A stretch of DNA of 20,000 nucleotides. Source: Mesotaenium endlicherianum (taxonomy: Eukaryota). Below, piece by piece: positions 1-10,798 of this stretch. Below the pieces are notes generated by a model. It did not search any database. It was not told where the DNA came from and saw only the letters and a program-made list of their open reading frames with translations. The DNA lies in the NCBI GenBank assembly GCA_009602735.1, contig WELA01002318.1, positions 582,614-602,613 of the forward strand. Reading direction: 5' to 3'. How positions within the stretch are numbered: position 1 is the stretch's first letter; each line of letters starts with the position of its first letter. The position numbers were made by a program, and so were the translations under genes.

Positions 1-148
1 GAGATGGAAGCAGAGTCTCACAAATGGCAGTAAGGGCCTCAATTTGAGGACTAGAAAGATTGTGCGGAGCATACTCTGAAACGCCTTGCAAGTCTGGGTG
101 AGCTCTCCTATGTTCCGGTACGACGCCACTATCTTTTGTATTTTCCAT
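1..148 (-). CDS. FAO: 5' coding part of a long-chain fatty alcohol oxidase (FAO, GMC oxidoreductase family)-like gene; continues off the left edge
   Basis: Manual translation from ATG at 148: MENTKDSGVVPEHRRAHPDLQGVSEYAPHNLSSPQIEALTAICETLLPS. RRxHPxLxG followed by H-x-LSxxQxExLxAICETLLPS resembles the plant FAO N-terminus as recalled. There is an in-frame TAG 5 codons upstream of the ATG. Only 49 codons are visible. Confidence 0.78.
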   Translation of the reverse strand, partial: MENTKDSGVVPEHRRAHPDLQGVSEYAPHNLSSPQIEALTAICETLLPS

Positions 149-762
149 GTCTACTGTCAGCTAGTTCAAACGTGTACCCGTCGACGTGAATGATGCAATA
201 GTTTCACCCTTCTTACGTTCTAAGACTCAATGTTTATATGGAGCTGTAGCAGGGACCTTAAGGTGCCATGCAAGATGAAACACTCCGTCATGTCTCCACT
301 CCATGCATTGATTGTGGATTTAGCATGCCAAGCCACCCTGTCTTTGTTCTCGCCAAATTCCGATCTGCACTATAAGATCAAGGATAATCAGGGGGTAACA
401 CCTCAGCAACACATATGCATGAAGCCGCCCTATCTGCGTATGGCAGACTTCCGGTGTTCTAAGAGATAAAAGGCAGAAAGTTTCCACAGAGAGCATAGTC
501 TCGTCCATGAGTGGCAAGTGACTATCGCATGCCATCACTTTCACGAAAGACGTGCATGTCATCTTGGAATATGGACGTGCTTCTCTTAGGCCAGCCAGCC
601 CATCAGGCGAGCTAGAGGTTCCGACTCCTGAGTCCCGACTCCTGACGCTCGAGAAACAGAGTAGATATATAAAGTTCCATTGACTTCACGACATTTACCG
701 TACCGAATCTAGTGCCAGTGGCCGGGTGCCAACTGATTTCAATGCATTGCAGTGCAGTGCAG

Positions 763-1188
763 CATGGGGTGCTAAGTGGTTGCGACATCTCAAAGCATGG
801 GGGGGAAATTGGCGCTAATTTTTTTGGAAGTTTGAATTCAGGTCTATAAAATTTTGAACCCTTTCACTAAATTTTCCAGGTTTTAATTTCAGGTCGCTAA
901 GAAGAAATATTACTTCGATTAAAGGTTGCTAATTCACTGTTGTAATTTTAACCGTGATTTTAGCTCGATATCTTAGAACCTTGAACTTTGGGCACTCATT
1001 CACCCGGATTCTCGAAGGGAGTTTCCCTCCCATGTCTCAAAATTATTGATTATTTTTGCAGGCGTCCGCAAATCTTCCCATGTTCATTGTTTTCGAAATC
1101 CCTAGGGCATAAATGAGCTGGGAAAAAGGTTCTAATTTCATGGCGCAACCGAAAAAGTGTCGCAATGAACGCCCAAATTCACCCCATG
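763..1188. mobile_element. Candidate non-autonomous TIR DNA transposon (MITE, hAT-like), 426 bp
   Basis: Ends CATGGGGTG (763-771) and CACCCCATG (1180-1188) are perfect inverted repeats. A second inverted pair is TTGCGACA (780-787) / TGTCGCAA (1158-1165). The interior is AT-rich and non-coding, with repeated AGGT..TAATT motifs. The 8-nt flanks CAGTGCAG / CATTGCAC match 6/8, a possible decayed TSD. Confidence 0.5.
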
Positions 1189-2158
1189 CATTGCACCTTC
1201 GCCTCGATCTGCATCATGCAGCCATCCTGAGCCATCCCCATCTCGATCACCATAACAAAATTACCATCATGTCAACATGATCCAGAAAGTAATATTTACA
1301 CCGTGGCTTACCGCAGGTGACCTGCATGCTTGCATCTCTGCTCGTAGCAGCCGGTCACCGTGCGTGCCGCTGGCCGACTAGCAAATTATATTTGAATCTT
1401 TTGGCTTTCTTTAAGGCGGTTAGCTATTTATTTCTGGATTGCAAGAGCGTACGATATAGAGCCCTATCTGGCCCAAGCTTGGGTCGAGCTCGAAAGTTCT
1501 TACGAACGAGTTGCAAGACGTGTACGTTGTGGTACATTCGGCTGACGAAGGCCAGCCAAGCAGACGGCATACAAGTATAAAATTGAGTGCATCCCGCCCG
1601 TGCATGCTAATAACCAGCTTTGCATGAGCTAACGTACTCCGAACTTTGAAGTCGTGACTTGCTACCAGCGTTACGTCACTCGGACTTTGTTCTAGCACAC
1701 AAGCATTTGCATAATCTATGACGGGGTGCGATGAGATATGTTGAACATATCAGCATAGAATATCAAGACCGTAACATGCAATGCGTGTGCATGTTTCGTG
1801 TGGGAAGTCTCGCGTCTGCTCACTGCGAACATTATGAAACCTGAAAAAAGATGAGCTTAGCATTGAAAGCGATGACGCTCAGGAAGCCTCGCTTTGGGGC
1901 ATGCTGGTGAGTGCCCGAGGTGGACGGGCAGCCCTCGGTTAGAACAACAACGATTGAGCATCCTTCATACCATTTTGGACGGCTGGTCTGTCAGCCATGG
2001 CAAATGAGAAAGTCTGGTATTATCCCGCAAGCAAGGCGGAAGCTTTGGGCTCAACAGAATAGGACTCGCAGCTAACGTAGTGCTGCGTTGGGGGATGGGT
2101 GGCGAATGTAACTTCTCCAGTCATACCTATCAATGACTGCACAGCATTTGTGTATCAA

Positions 2159-2863
2159 ATGGGAGAGGAGGGGACAAATCAATGGCAGCACCAAGAAACA
2201 TGTGCGATAAGAGTGCCAGCTGGTCTGGAGGCAGAAACGTCCCAGAAAGGGGGGGCTGGAACTCTGAGCCAGGAGCAGCATGAGAGAATTCGTGCCAACA
2301 GAGAAGCTGCCCTGAAGCTGCGGGCAAAATGCAGAGGCAAAGCAGACTCCGTTCTGGGCAGGCGAAAATCCGACCAGCTTCCTGTGCATGCCAGGCCCCA
2401 ACACCCTCTATACAATGACACAAGTGGCATACTAGAAAATGATTTGTCTAGAGCAAGCAATGGGACATTTTGGCAAGGGCCCCCAAATTCCTGCCCTTCT
2501 GGCAGCACTGCAGACGTCACCCCAGGTCTGCCACCCGCCAGCACAGGCAGGGGTCCGCCATGTGGCAGCTCAATCAGGGGTCTGGCATCTGGCGCTCTCC
2601 AAGCAGGGAACGTGCTTCTGGGCGGCAGCAGCTCGCCGCCTGAAGTCGCCGTGTGCCTTGAGATTTCGTCCAAGAGCAAGTTTCTGCTGAGTGCCAGGTG
2701 GCGTCGCCCATCAAACCGCAGGTCATTGCCCCTTTCAGCAGCGGCGGCAGTGGGCGCTCCCACGAGGATCTTGGAAAGTGGACACCTGGCGCATGAACAG
2801 GCAGCCGCGGGTGGTCCAGAGGAGGACCGTGGCGCTGTCGCCTACGTCCTCAGCAAGCTCCAG
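2159..2863 (+). CDS. ZRANB3: ZRANB3-like exon 1 (RPA-binding-like helix, disordered linker)
   Basis: First ATG in the long open frame. Contains LSQEQHERIRANREAALKLRAK. Ends CAG|GTGTCG, phase 0. Confidence 0.7.
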
Positions 2864-5361
2864 GTGTCGTCCCCTCCTTCCGAAACTGTCCGCCTCAGCA
2901 CTGACTTTGACTGCCACCACCCTCTCTCCCCCCCTTCCCCCCCCTCTTTCACCTGAGCCTCCTCCCGGCAGCCCTGGATCCAGCATTGGCACAGCCTTCT
3001 GTGGCCCCACCAGAGAGGCTAACTGACAGCCTCGAGAATGGGCGGTGTGCGTGACATGTGCCAGGTGAAGCCACTGAGGTGGCAAGCTCTGAGTGAAGGT
3101 GTGGGCGCAGTAACGCCCGCCCCTCAGGGGGCGGCCCCGGTGTTCTTGCTGGGCGCGTATGCGAGCGTGCACAATGCCCTGAGCCGCGCCAAGGGCGTGA
3201 CGCTGACAGGTGTCCCTCCCGCCACCCTGTGCGCGCTCCGACGCTGGGGCGGGGGAGGAGCCCACGCCCCGACACTGCCACCTGGCGCAGCCCCCGACAG
3301 CTGGCTCGCGAGCTTTGAGGAGAGCCTGGCGGCGAGGCTGCCACCCAAGCTGCAGAGTGCCCTGCTGCCCTTCCAGCGCGAGGGCGTGCGCTACGGCGTG
3401 CAGCGGCAGGGGCGCTGCCTCATCGCCGACGAGATGGGCGTGGGAAAGACCATTCAGGTGGGTGCGCGGGTAGGGGGCGGATGGTCGGGGGATGAGGAAG
3501 GGGAGGGGGNNNNNNNNNNNNNNNNNNNNNNNNNNNNNNNNNNNNNNNNNNNNNNNNNNNNNNNNNNNNNNNNNNNNNNNNNNNNNNNNNNNNNNNNNNN
3601 NNNNNNNNNNNNNNNNNNNNNNNNNNNNNNNNNNNNNNNNNNNNNNNNNNNNNNNNNNNNNNNNNNNNNNNNNNNNNNNNNNNNNNNNNNNNNNNNNNNN
3701 NNNNNNNNNNNNNNNNNNNNNNNNNNNNNNNNNNNNNNNNNNNNNNNNNNNNNNNNNNNNNNNNNNNNNNNNNNNNNNNNNNNNNNNNNNNNNNNNNNNN
3801 NNNNNNNNNNNNNNNNNNNNNNNNNNNNNNNNNNNNNNNNNNNNNNNNNNNNNNNNNNNNNNNNNNNNNNNNNNNNNNNNNNNNNNNNNNNNNNNNNNNN
3901 NNNNNNNNNNNNNNNNNNNNNNNNNNNNNNNNNNNNNNNNNNNNNNNNNNNNNNNNNNNNNNNNNNNNNNNNNNNNNNNNNNNNNNNNNNNNNNNNNNNN
4001 NNNNNNNNNNNNNNNNNNNNNNNNNNNNNNNNNNNNNNNNNNNNNNNNNNNNNNNNNNNNNNNNNNNNNNNNNNNNNNNNNNNNNNNNNNNNNNNNNNNN
4101 NNNNNNNNNNNNNNNNNNNNNNNNNNNNNNNNNNNNNNNNNNNNNNNNNNNNNNNNNNNNNNNNNNNNNNNNNNNNNNNNNNNNNNNNNNNNNNNNNNNN
4201 NNNNNNNNNNNNNNNNNNNNNNNNNNNNNNNNNNNNNNNNNNNNNNNNNNNNNNNNNNNNNNNNNNNNNNNNNNNNNNNNNNNNNNNNNNNNNNNNNNNN
4301 NNNNNNNNNNNNNNNNNNNNNNNNNNNNNNNNNNNNNNNNNNNNNNNNNNNNNNNNNNNNNNNNNNNNNNNNNNNNNNNNNGGGGGGGGCTTTTGGGGAA
4401 GGGTTGGCTGCTCTCTCTTGCTATCTCTCGTATGATAGTCTAGGAGCTCCCACAATTAGCTGTGGCCCCAAGCTTTAGCGCGAGGACCCTATACCCGATC
4501 TCTGAGGAGTGATCCTAAGCCCTTGTCTTCGGCTCCGGCTGTGGCTCTGGCCCTGGCTTCAGCTGTGGCTGTAGCGCCGGTGCCGGGCGGTTCCAGCTTG
4601 GGGACCCTCCATGACAGCTGCAGTCGGGCAGTGAGAGTTGCAGCAACGCCCTGCAATGCAAAGAACCCCGGACTTATAAGCCCTGGACACAGAATGCCCT
4701 GAGATTCAGGACCTCTTTTACCTCCGTTACCTCCGCTTGGTTGGCGGGGGAGGGGAAAGAGAGGGGGGAGAGGAAGACGGGAAGGAGCGTGTCCATGTTC
4801 AAAGTAGGCTGTAAGGTCTGAGGATTTTGCCTGGAGGTGTATGTAGCTGAGCTGAGTGTGAGCAGAGTGCCCACGTGTGCTTGCTATCAGACGGAGCCAG
4901 GGCGTCTGGACATGTGTGGAGGAAGGCCGTGCTGACACTTGTCGTCCGCCCGCCTGCCGCGCGCGTGCCTGCGTGGGTGCGTACATGGGTGTGCGCGTGG
5001 CCGGCAGGCAATAGCGCTGGCGGCGTGGTACCGCCACGAGGGGCCCCTGCTGGTGGTGTGTCCAGCTGGCATGCGCCTGCCGTGGGCGGACGAGCTGGAG
5101 CGCTGGCTGCCCTTTCTGTCGCCGCGCGACGTCCATCTCAGTGAGTGAGAGAGAGAGAGAAAAAGAGAGAGAGAGTCCCTCCCCCCTTCCCTCTCTCCAC
5201 CATCTCGATCTTTCTCTCCCCACGTGCACCCTAATGCTGCGTCACCTTGGGGCCGGAGACGTAGACACGCCCACATGGCTTTATGACTGCCGCAAAATTG
5301 GACGCTCTCCTATCTCATACATGAGGGCCTGAGGTGAGGGGTGTGGGAGGGGGCCCGGGGN

Positions 5362-5420
<59 letters not shown>

Positions 5421-8400
5421 TGGGTGCAGTCTTTGGGCAGAGGGACGACCTCCCGGATGGGACAGGTGTCGCCCTCCCGAAGGTGGTGGTGGTGTCGTAC
5501 GCGATGCTGAAGCGGCTGCGCGCCAGCCTGGCGCGGCGCCCCTGGGGCATGGTCATCGTAGACGAGTCGCACAATGCGCGCACCTCCAAGAGGCGCGCCG
5601 AGACCGACGACGTGAGGTCGCGACACCTGTCCCGTCCTGTCCTGTCCCGCGCCCTCCCCTTCCTCCGCCGTCGCCGCCGCCGTCACGCTGACTCCTGTCC
5701 CCTCCTGGGCTGACCTGTCAACTTCCTGAGGCGCAAACTTGGGCGGCCGCAGGGGCGATCTTTGTCTAGCGCCGCCGCCTCCTTTGGGCCCGCCCATCCT
5801 ACTCCTTCCCTTCCCTTTGTTTTCTTCCACCCCAAGCCCCTCCCCCCCTCTTGCCTTCTCCCTCCCACCAAGTAAAATTTAAACTAGAAAAAATGCTAAC
5901 AGATGGGGCACTTTCTGCCCTCTCTGTCTGCAAACCCCCCAACCTTGTCGTTCCCTCTCTCAGCCCTTCTTCAGCATAGAAAGGAATTAGAAATTATAAG
6001 CAGAATTTTCTCCAGAAATCTTGGAGAAGGCAAAGACATCAGTTGTGCCTGTGCTGGGGGGGCCAAGAGCAGCCAGTGCTGACGTGGCGGCCATGCGGAA
6101 GACTGCCGGCAGGAAAGCCGCAATCGAAAGTGCTTCATGGAGTGTCAGGCCGCCCGCTTGATGCTTCCGGCAAGTGGACTGTGGTGTTTGCTTGTCCATC
6201 TGGGCATGTCTGACATGTATGCGTGCGTATGAGCGCGGGTGGGCATGGGTACAGACGCAGGCGATGCTGGAGCTGGTGCGCAACACCAGGAGGGCGCTGC
6301 TGCTATCAGGAACGCCCTCCCTCACCAGGTGGCGCTCCCTCCCTCTCCCTCCCTCTCCCTCCTCTCCCTCCCCCTCTCCCTCTCCCCCTCTCCCTCTCCC
6401 TCTCCCTCTCCCTCTCCCATCCCCTCTCTCTCTCCCCTCTTCCTCTCCCTTTCTCTCTCCCTTTCCACCTCCCTCTCCCTCTGCCTCACTTTCCCTCTTG
6501 GGCCATGACGCTGCACCTCCGCCAGCCACTAGCTCTCAGATTTACATGTCAAGCAGGTCCCTTCCCTCCCACCTCAAATGAGCCTCCCTTGCATGTCTCG
6601 GGTGCGAACGCTCAGGTCTTGGATGTCTAACAGTCTGTCCTGCCAGCACGTGCTCGCAGAGCGGCCAGCTGTCTCTCTGCCGGAGGCCTGAGCGAGATTC
6701 ACGAGGCTCACACATGGTCACAAGGTTGGGGTGCTTGTTACTAGGTGCGCGCGCGCACGCACGCGCAAACGCACACACACAGAGAGAGAGAGGGAGGGAG
6801 AGGGAGAGGGGGAGAGAGAGACACGCTCACGCAACTGACAGGTGTCGTGCTCGCGTGTGTGCGGCTGCCTCTGCTGACGCGGAGGACACGTGGCAGACCA
6901 TTTGACATCTTCAACCAGATCGACAGCCTGCGGTGGGTCCCTGTCCTCCTCCCCCTTTCCTCTCCTCGTGCTGCAACCAGACAGACAGGCAGCGGTACCC
7001 GCCCGCCTGTTCCCGCCCCGCGTTCTTGCCTGGGCTGGGCCGGGGCAACTGGGCCGGGGAGGCGGCACCAGCCAGCCAGCCCCATGCATGCATCTAAAAC
7101 AGGAGCCTGCTTCTCAACTCCTCCCCGCTCTCATACAGGGGTGCGCTGGCGTGGGGCGCGGGGCGGGGCCGGGGGGGGGGGGGCAAAAACAGGCCGGGGC
7201 TGCTGGGACGCAACAAGTACGAGTTTGCGCGCCATTACTGCAACGTGCAGCGCCGCCTCATTCGCGGCCGCCTCCACACTGTGAGCGCTCCAAGGCCTTG
7301 ATTCTGAGGGCGAGGGGGAGGGCTCTGGCTACCGGGGGTTAGGGAGGGTTGAGGGCATCTAATCTCGCGTCTGCAGTCAAGTCTTCAGCTGCCACCTGGA
7401 TCGCACACGTGCGTTGATGGTTGAGCCAAGCCTGGCTTTGCTTCCTGGACGCCAGCCTGACAGGTGTCCTTTGCTGGTGCACATGCGGGGGCGTTTCCAA
7501 GCAGCCCCTCCTCCGACTGCAGCTGTCGGCTCTACAGCTGACCACGCCGTTCGCTAGGCAATTGGTACTGCACTTGACTCTGGTTCGTCTGTGAGTTGCG
7601 CTCGCAGGCCAGCGCGCTGCTGCTGCCGACTCTGCTGTCGTCCTGCTGACTCTGCTCTCGTCGTTTGTCGCATGCATGAGCGGCGGCTCTATCTGTGCAC
7701 AACGCATTTGGGGGGGGGGGGGCGCGCGCGTGTGGGAGCGAGCGAGGGAGCAGAACTACTCGGGGGGCGCGCGGCTGCAGGAGCTCAACGTGCTGCTGCG
7801 CCAGACTGTCATGGTGAGTGCTGCGACTGGGCCCCGCTGGCAGGCAGGCAGGAAGGCAGGCAGGCAGGCTGGGGGACTGGGAGGCAGTGGCGCCCCCCAT
7901 GCCCCCGGGTGTTTGCAAGTGCCTGGCTCCCGGGGCCTCAGGGGCTGGCAGGTGCACGTGTTGCTCTGAAGGGGGATCGCGCAGTGCGGACCGGCAAGTA
8001 GGCAGGAAACCTCCCCTTCTGGGCACTCTGTGTGTCCCTTGTTCCTCTTTTCAAAGCTTGGCACGTACGAGAAGCTGCCAGCTGCTGCTGCAGCTACGCG
8101 CGCGTGCGCGAGGGCGCCGGTCACCTCTGGCTTTTTCTGGGGGGCTCGGACGCAGATGGGCTCGTGAATGGTGGTGGTGGTGGCGGAAAAGGCAGCTGTC
8201 GTCCTTCGTTGTGACTCAGCTGCCAGATGTCAGCAACCCGCGTTGACTACTTCGCTCAGGCAGAAATCAGGGGGGGGGATAGTCTTCTTGTATGAGACTG
8301 TGCACTCTGCGTTGGCACCTCTGGGGGACCAGGCCTGCCGTGGCGCTGGGCCTCGTGCGAGTCATACATGGGGAGGAGAGGAGGAGAGGAGGAGAAGAGA

Positions 8401-8479
8401 CACAGAGCACAAGAAAGTGCATCCATCTCACCACCTGTGCTCTCGCGCTGCTCTCTGCCTTGCACTATCTCTTGCCCCT

Positions 8480-8518
<39 letters not shown>

Positions 8519-8914
8519 ACGGTGGTGGGGCAGGTGAGGAGGCTGAAGGCGGACGTGCTGATGCAGCTGCCGCCCAAGCGGCGCCAGGTCATCCGGCTCC
8601 GCTTGGAGCCCGCAGACATCAGCAGCGCTGTGACCCGTGCCAAGGAGCACGTGCCACCTGGCACACGACCGAGTAATCATTCCAGAGCCGGCCAGCTGAC
8701 AGCCTGCGAGCCTGCTGCTGCCAGCTGTGCTTGTGGAGGCGGAGCCGCCACTTCAGATGCAGCAGCATCAGCAACAGTGACAGAAGGAAAAGGAGGAACT
8801 GCCAGAGGAGCAGCCGCGGCAGGAGGAGGAGGAGGGGCAGCAGCAGCAGCCGTAGGGAGAGCAAGTGAGTGGGCCCTGCATGCTTGCAGCACCAGCAACG
8901 GAGCAGTCGGCCTC

Positions 8915-8945
<31 letters not shown>

Positions 8946-10749
8946 GTGGCGTGTGCGCGGACGCGTCGACAGCAGGTGGAGACGATGATGATCAGGACGA
9001 GAACAACGACGATGACGAAGCTGACGACAGCGCTCCACAGTCTGCAGGCACGCTCGCAGGCACAGGCAGCCACACCGGGACCGGCACCGGAGGGGCAGCA
9101 GAGGTAGAGGTGGGGGGCGTGGAGGACCCAGTGGGGGGTAGGAGGAGGAGGAGGAGGCTGAGCCCGCAGGAGCTCGGCATTGCCAAGCTGCGCGGCGTGC
9201 TCGAGTGGCTTGCCGACCACCCCATCTTTGTGGAGGCTGGGCGGGGGGCCGCGGGCGGCGAAGCCTGCGCCGTCGACGTCAGCGATGACGACGGCGGCGA
9301 CGATAGCGGGGAGGCAGGGGAGGGGCAACGGCGCAAGAGGAGGAGAAGGGGGAGGGAGGAGGGTCCAGTGGGAGTGGTGCAGGAGGAAGAGGAAGAGGAG
9401 ACTTTGCGGGAAGGAAACTTGGCATCTGCGGAGACAGAGACGCGCCAGGTGGCGCTGTCAGGCAGGGGGGCAAGTGGCAATGGTGGCGGGGACACATCTG
9501 CTGCGGCAGCGGCGGAGGAAGAGGAGTTGGAGACGGCCGCGGCGAGAGAGAAGATGGTGATCTTTGCGCACCACCACGAGGTGCTGGACGCGCTGCAGGC
9601 GTTCCTGGTGGCGACAGGTGTCGAGTTCGTGCGTTTCGACGGGCGCACCACGCCCCTCGACCGCGCCTTGGCGCTCCGCAGCTTCTCGGCGCGGCACTCC
9701 CAGGTATGCCACCTGGTACCACCTACACGTGTCGATGCCAGGTGGCGGCAGAAGGGGCACCGCCACGTGTCACCGCGAGGTGAGGCATGACACACGCTGG
9801 AGAAAGCGTGTGTGCCCGCACGAGAGCAGCGCACCCCCCTCACCCTCACCTCACCCTCACCCTTACGCTCACCCTCACCCTCTCCGTCCATCTCTGTTCT
9901 CCCCTCCCCCCCCCCCTTTTACTAAAATCTTGGATTTGCTGCTCCCTTGTGGTCTGTCTGGAGCTCTCCGCATCGCACGCCAAACTCTGAATCCTATTGG
10001 CTGGTTGCGTTTGCCTCCGAGAGTAAGCTCTAAGAGACTGAACCCTCCACACGTGCTGTTCCAGCTGAAGGCCTCCCGCCTCGGGCTCCACGCTCCGGGC
10101 CTCTGCACCGCCGCGCACCATACACCGAGATTCTAGACTCCAGCTGTATCAAGCACCATGGAGTGGACATTAATGTACATCCTCACCGAGCACATAGTCA
10201 AAACTCTGAGTGCGTTTGCCCTGAGAAGGTTCAAACCACCACCATCAAACTCGGGTTCGACTTTGTCCGCACGCACACCTCCAGCACCTCTTATTTCCTC
10301 CATGCCTCCACATCCTATTCAAACATCTCAAGCCACTGAAAGTGTCAGCCTCAGCTTGATCCTCCGATTTGAAGTCTCTCCTTAATCATGCACACCACAG
10401 CACCAGGCGTGGACCAACGCAGTCGTGGCACCACCTGGCACGAGGGCTGACGATGCGTGCTCTGCATCTGTTGGGGGAGGGGGAGGGCGGGCGGGGTGGA
10501 GTGTGCAGGTGCGGGTGGCAATCGTGGGGATCACTGCGGGAGGCACAGGCATCAACCTCTCGGCGGCTGAGAGCGTGGTGTTTGCTGAGCTGCCCCGCAC
10601 GGCTTCCGACATGCTGCAGGCTGAGGACAGGTGTCACCGCCGGGGCCAGCTCAGCTCCGTCAACGTCTACTTCTTCTGCGCAAAGGTGCGTGCCTCTCTC
10701 GGCTCACTTGGCTCACTTAAGAAGAGAGAGAAAGCATGTGTGTGTGTAT

Positions 10750-10798
<49 letters not shown>

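Noticed and set aside
3454..4478. Long ORFs spanning the N gaps (also 14339-15551)
   Set aside because: Artefacts of N translating to X. Protein motifs and phases are continuous across both gaps, so no missing coding exon is needed.
4528..4590. GGCTNN hexamer-like run reading ATATAEARARATAGAE on the minus strand (ORF 4489-5229)
   Set aside because: Low-complexity intronic sequence. The ORF overlaps exon 3 antisense and shows no family signature.
5998..6162. Protein-looking frame AEFSPEILEKAKTSVV... and a 7-bp hairpin (6008-6028) in intron 4
   Set aside because: No convincing phase-compatible splice pair, exons 4 and 5 join without it, and the hairpin is too short to be significant.
8619..9891. 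Antisense ORFs of up to 299 aa over exon 9, and similar ORFs over exons 1 and 12
   Set aside because: Shadows of GC-rich, low-complexity coding sequence with no recognisable motifs.
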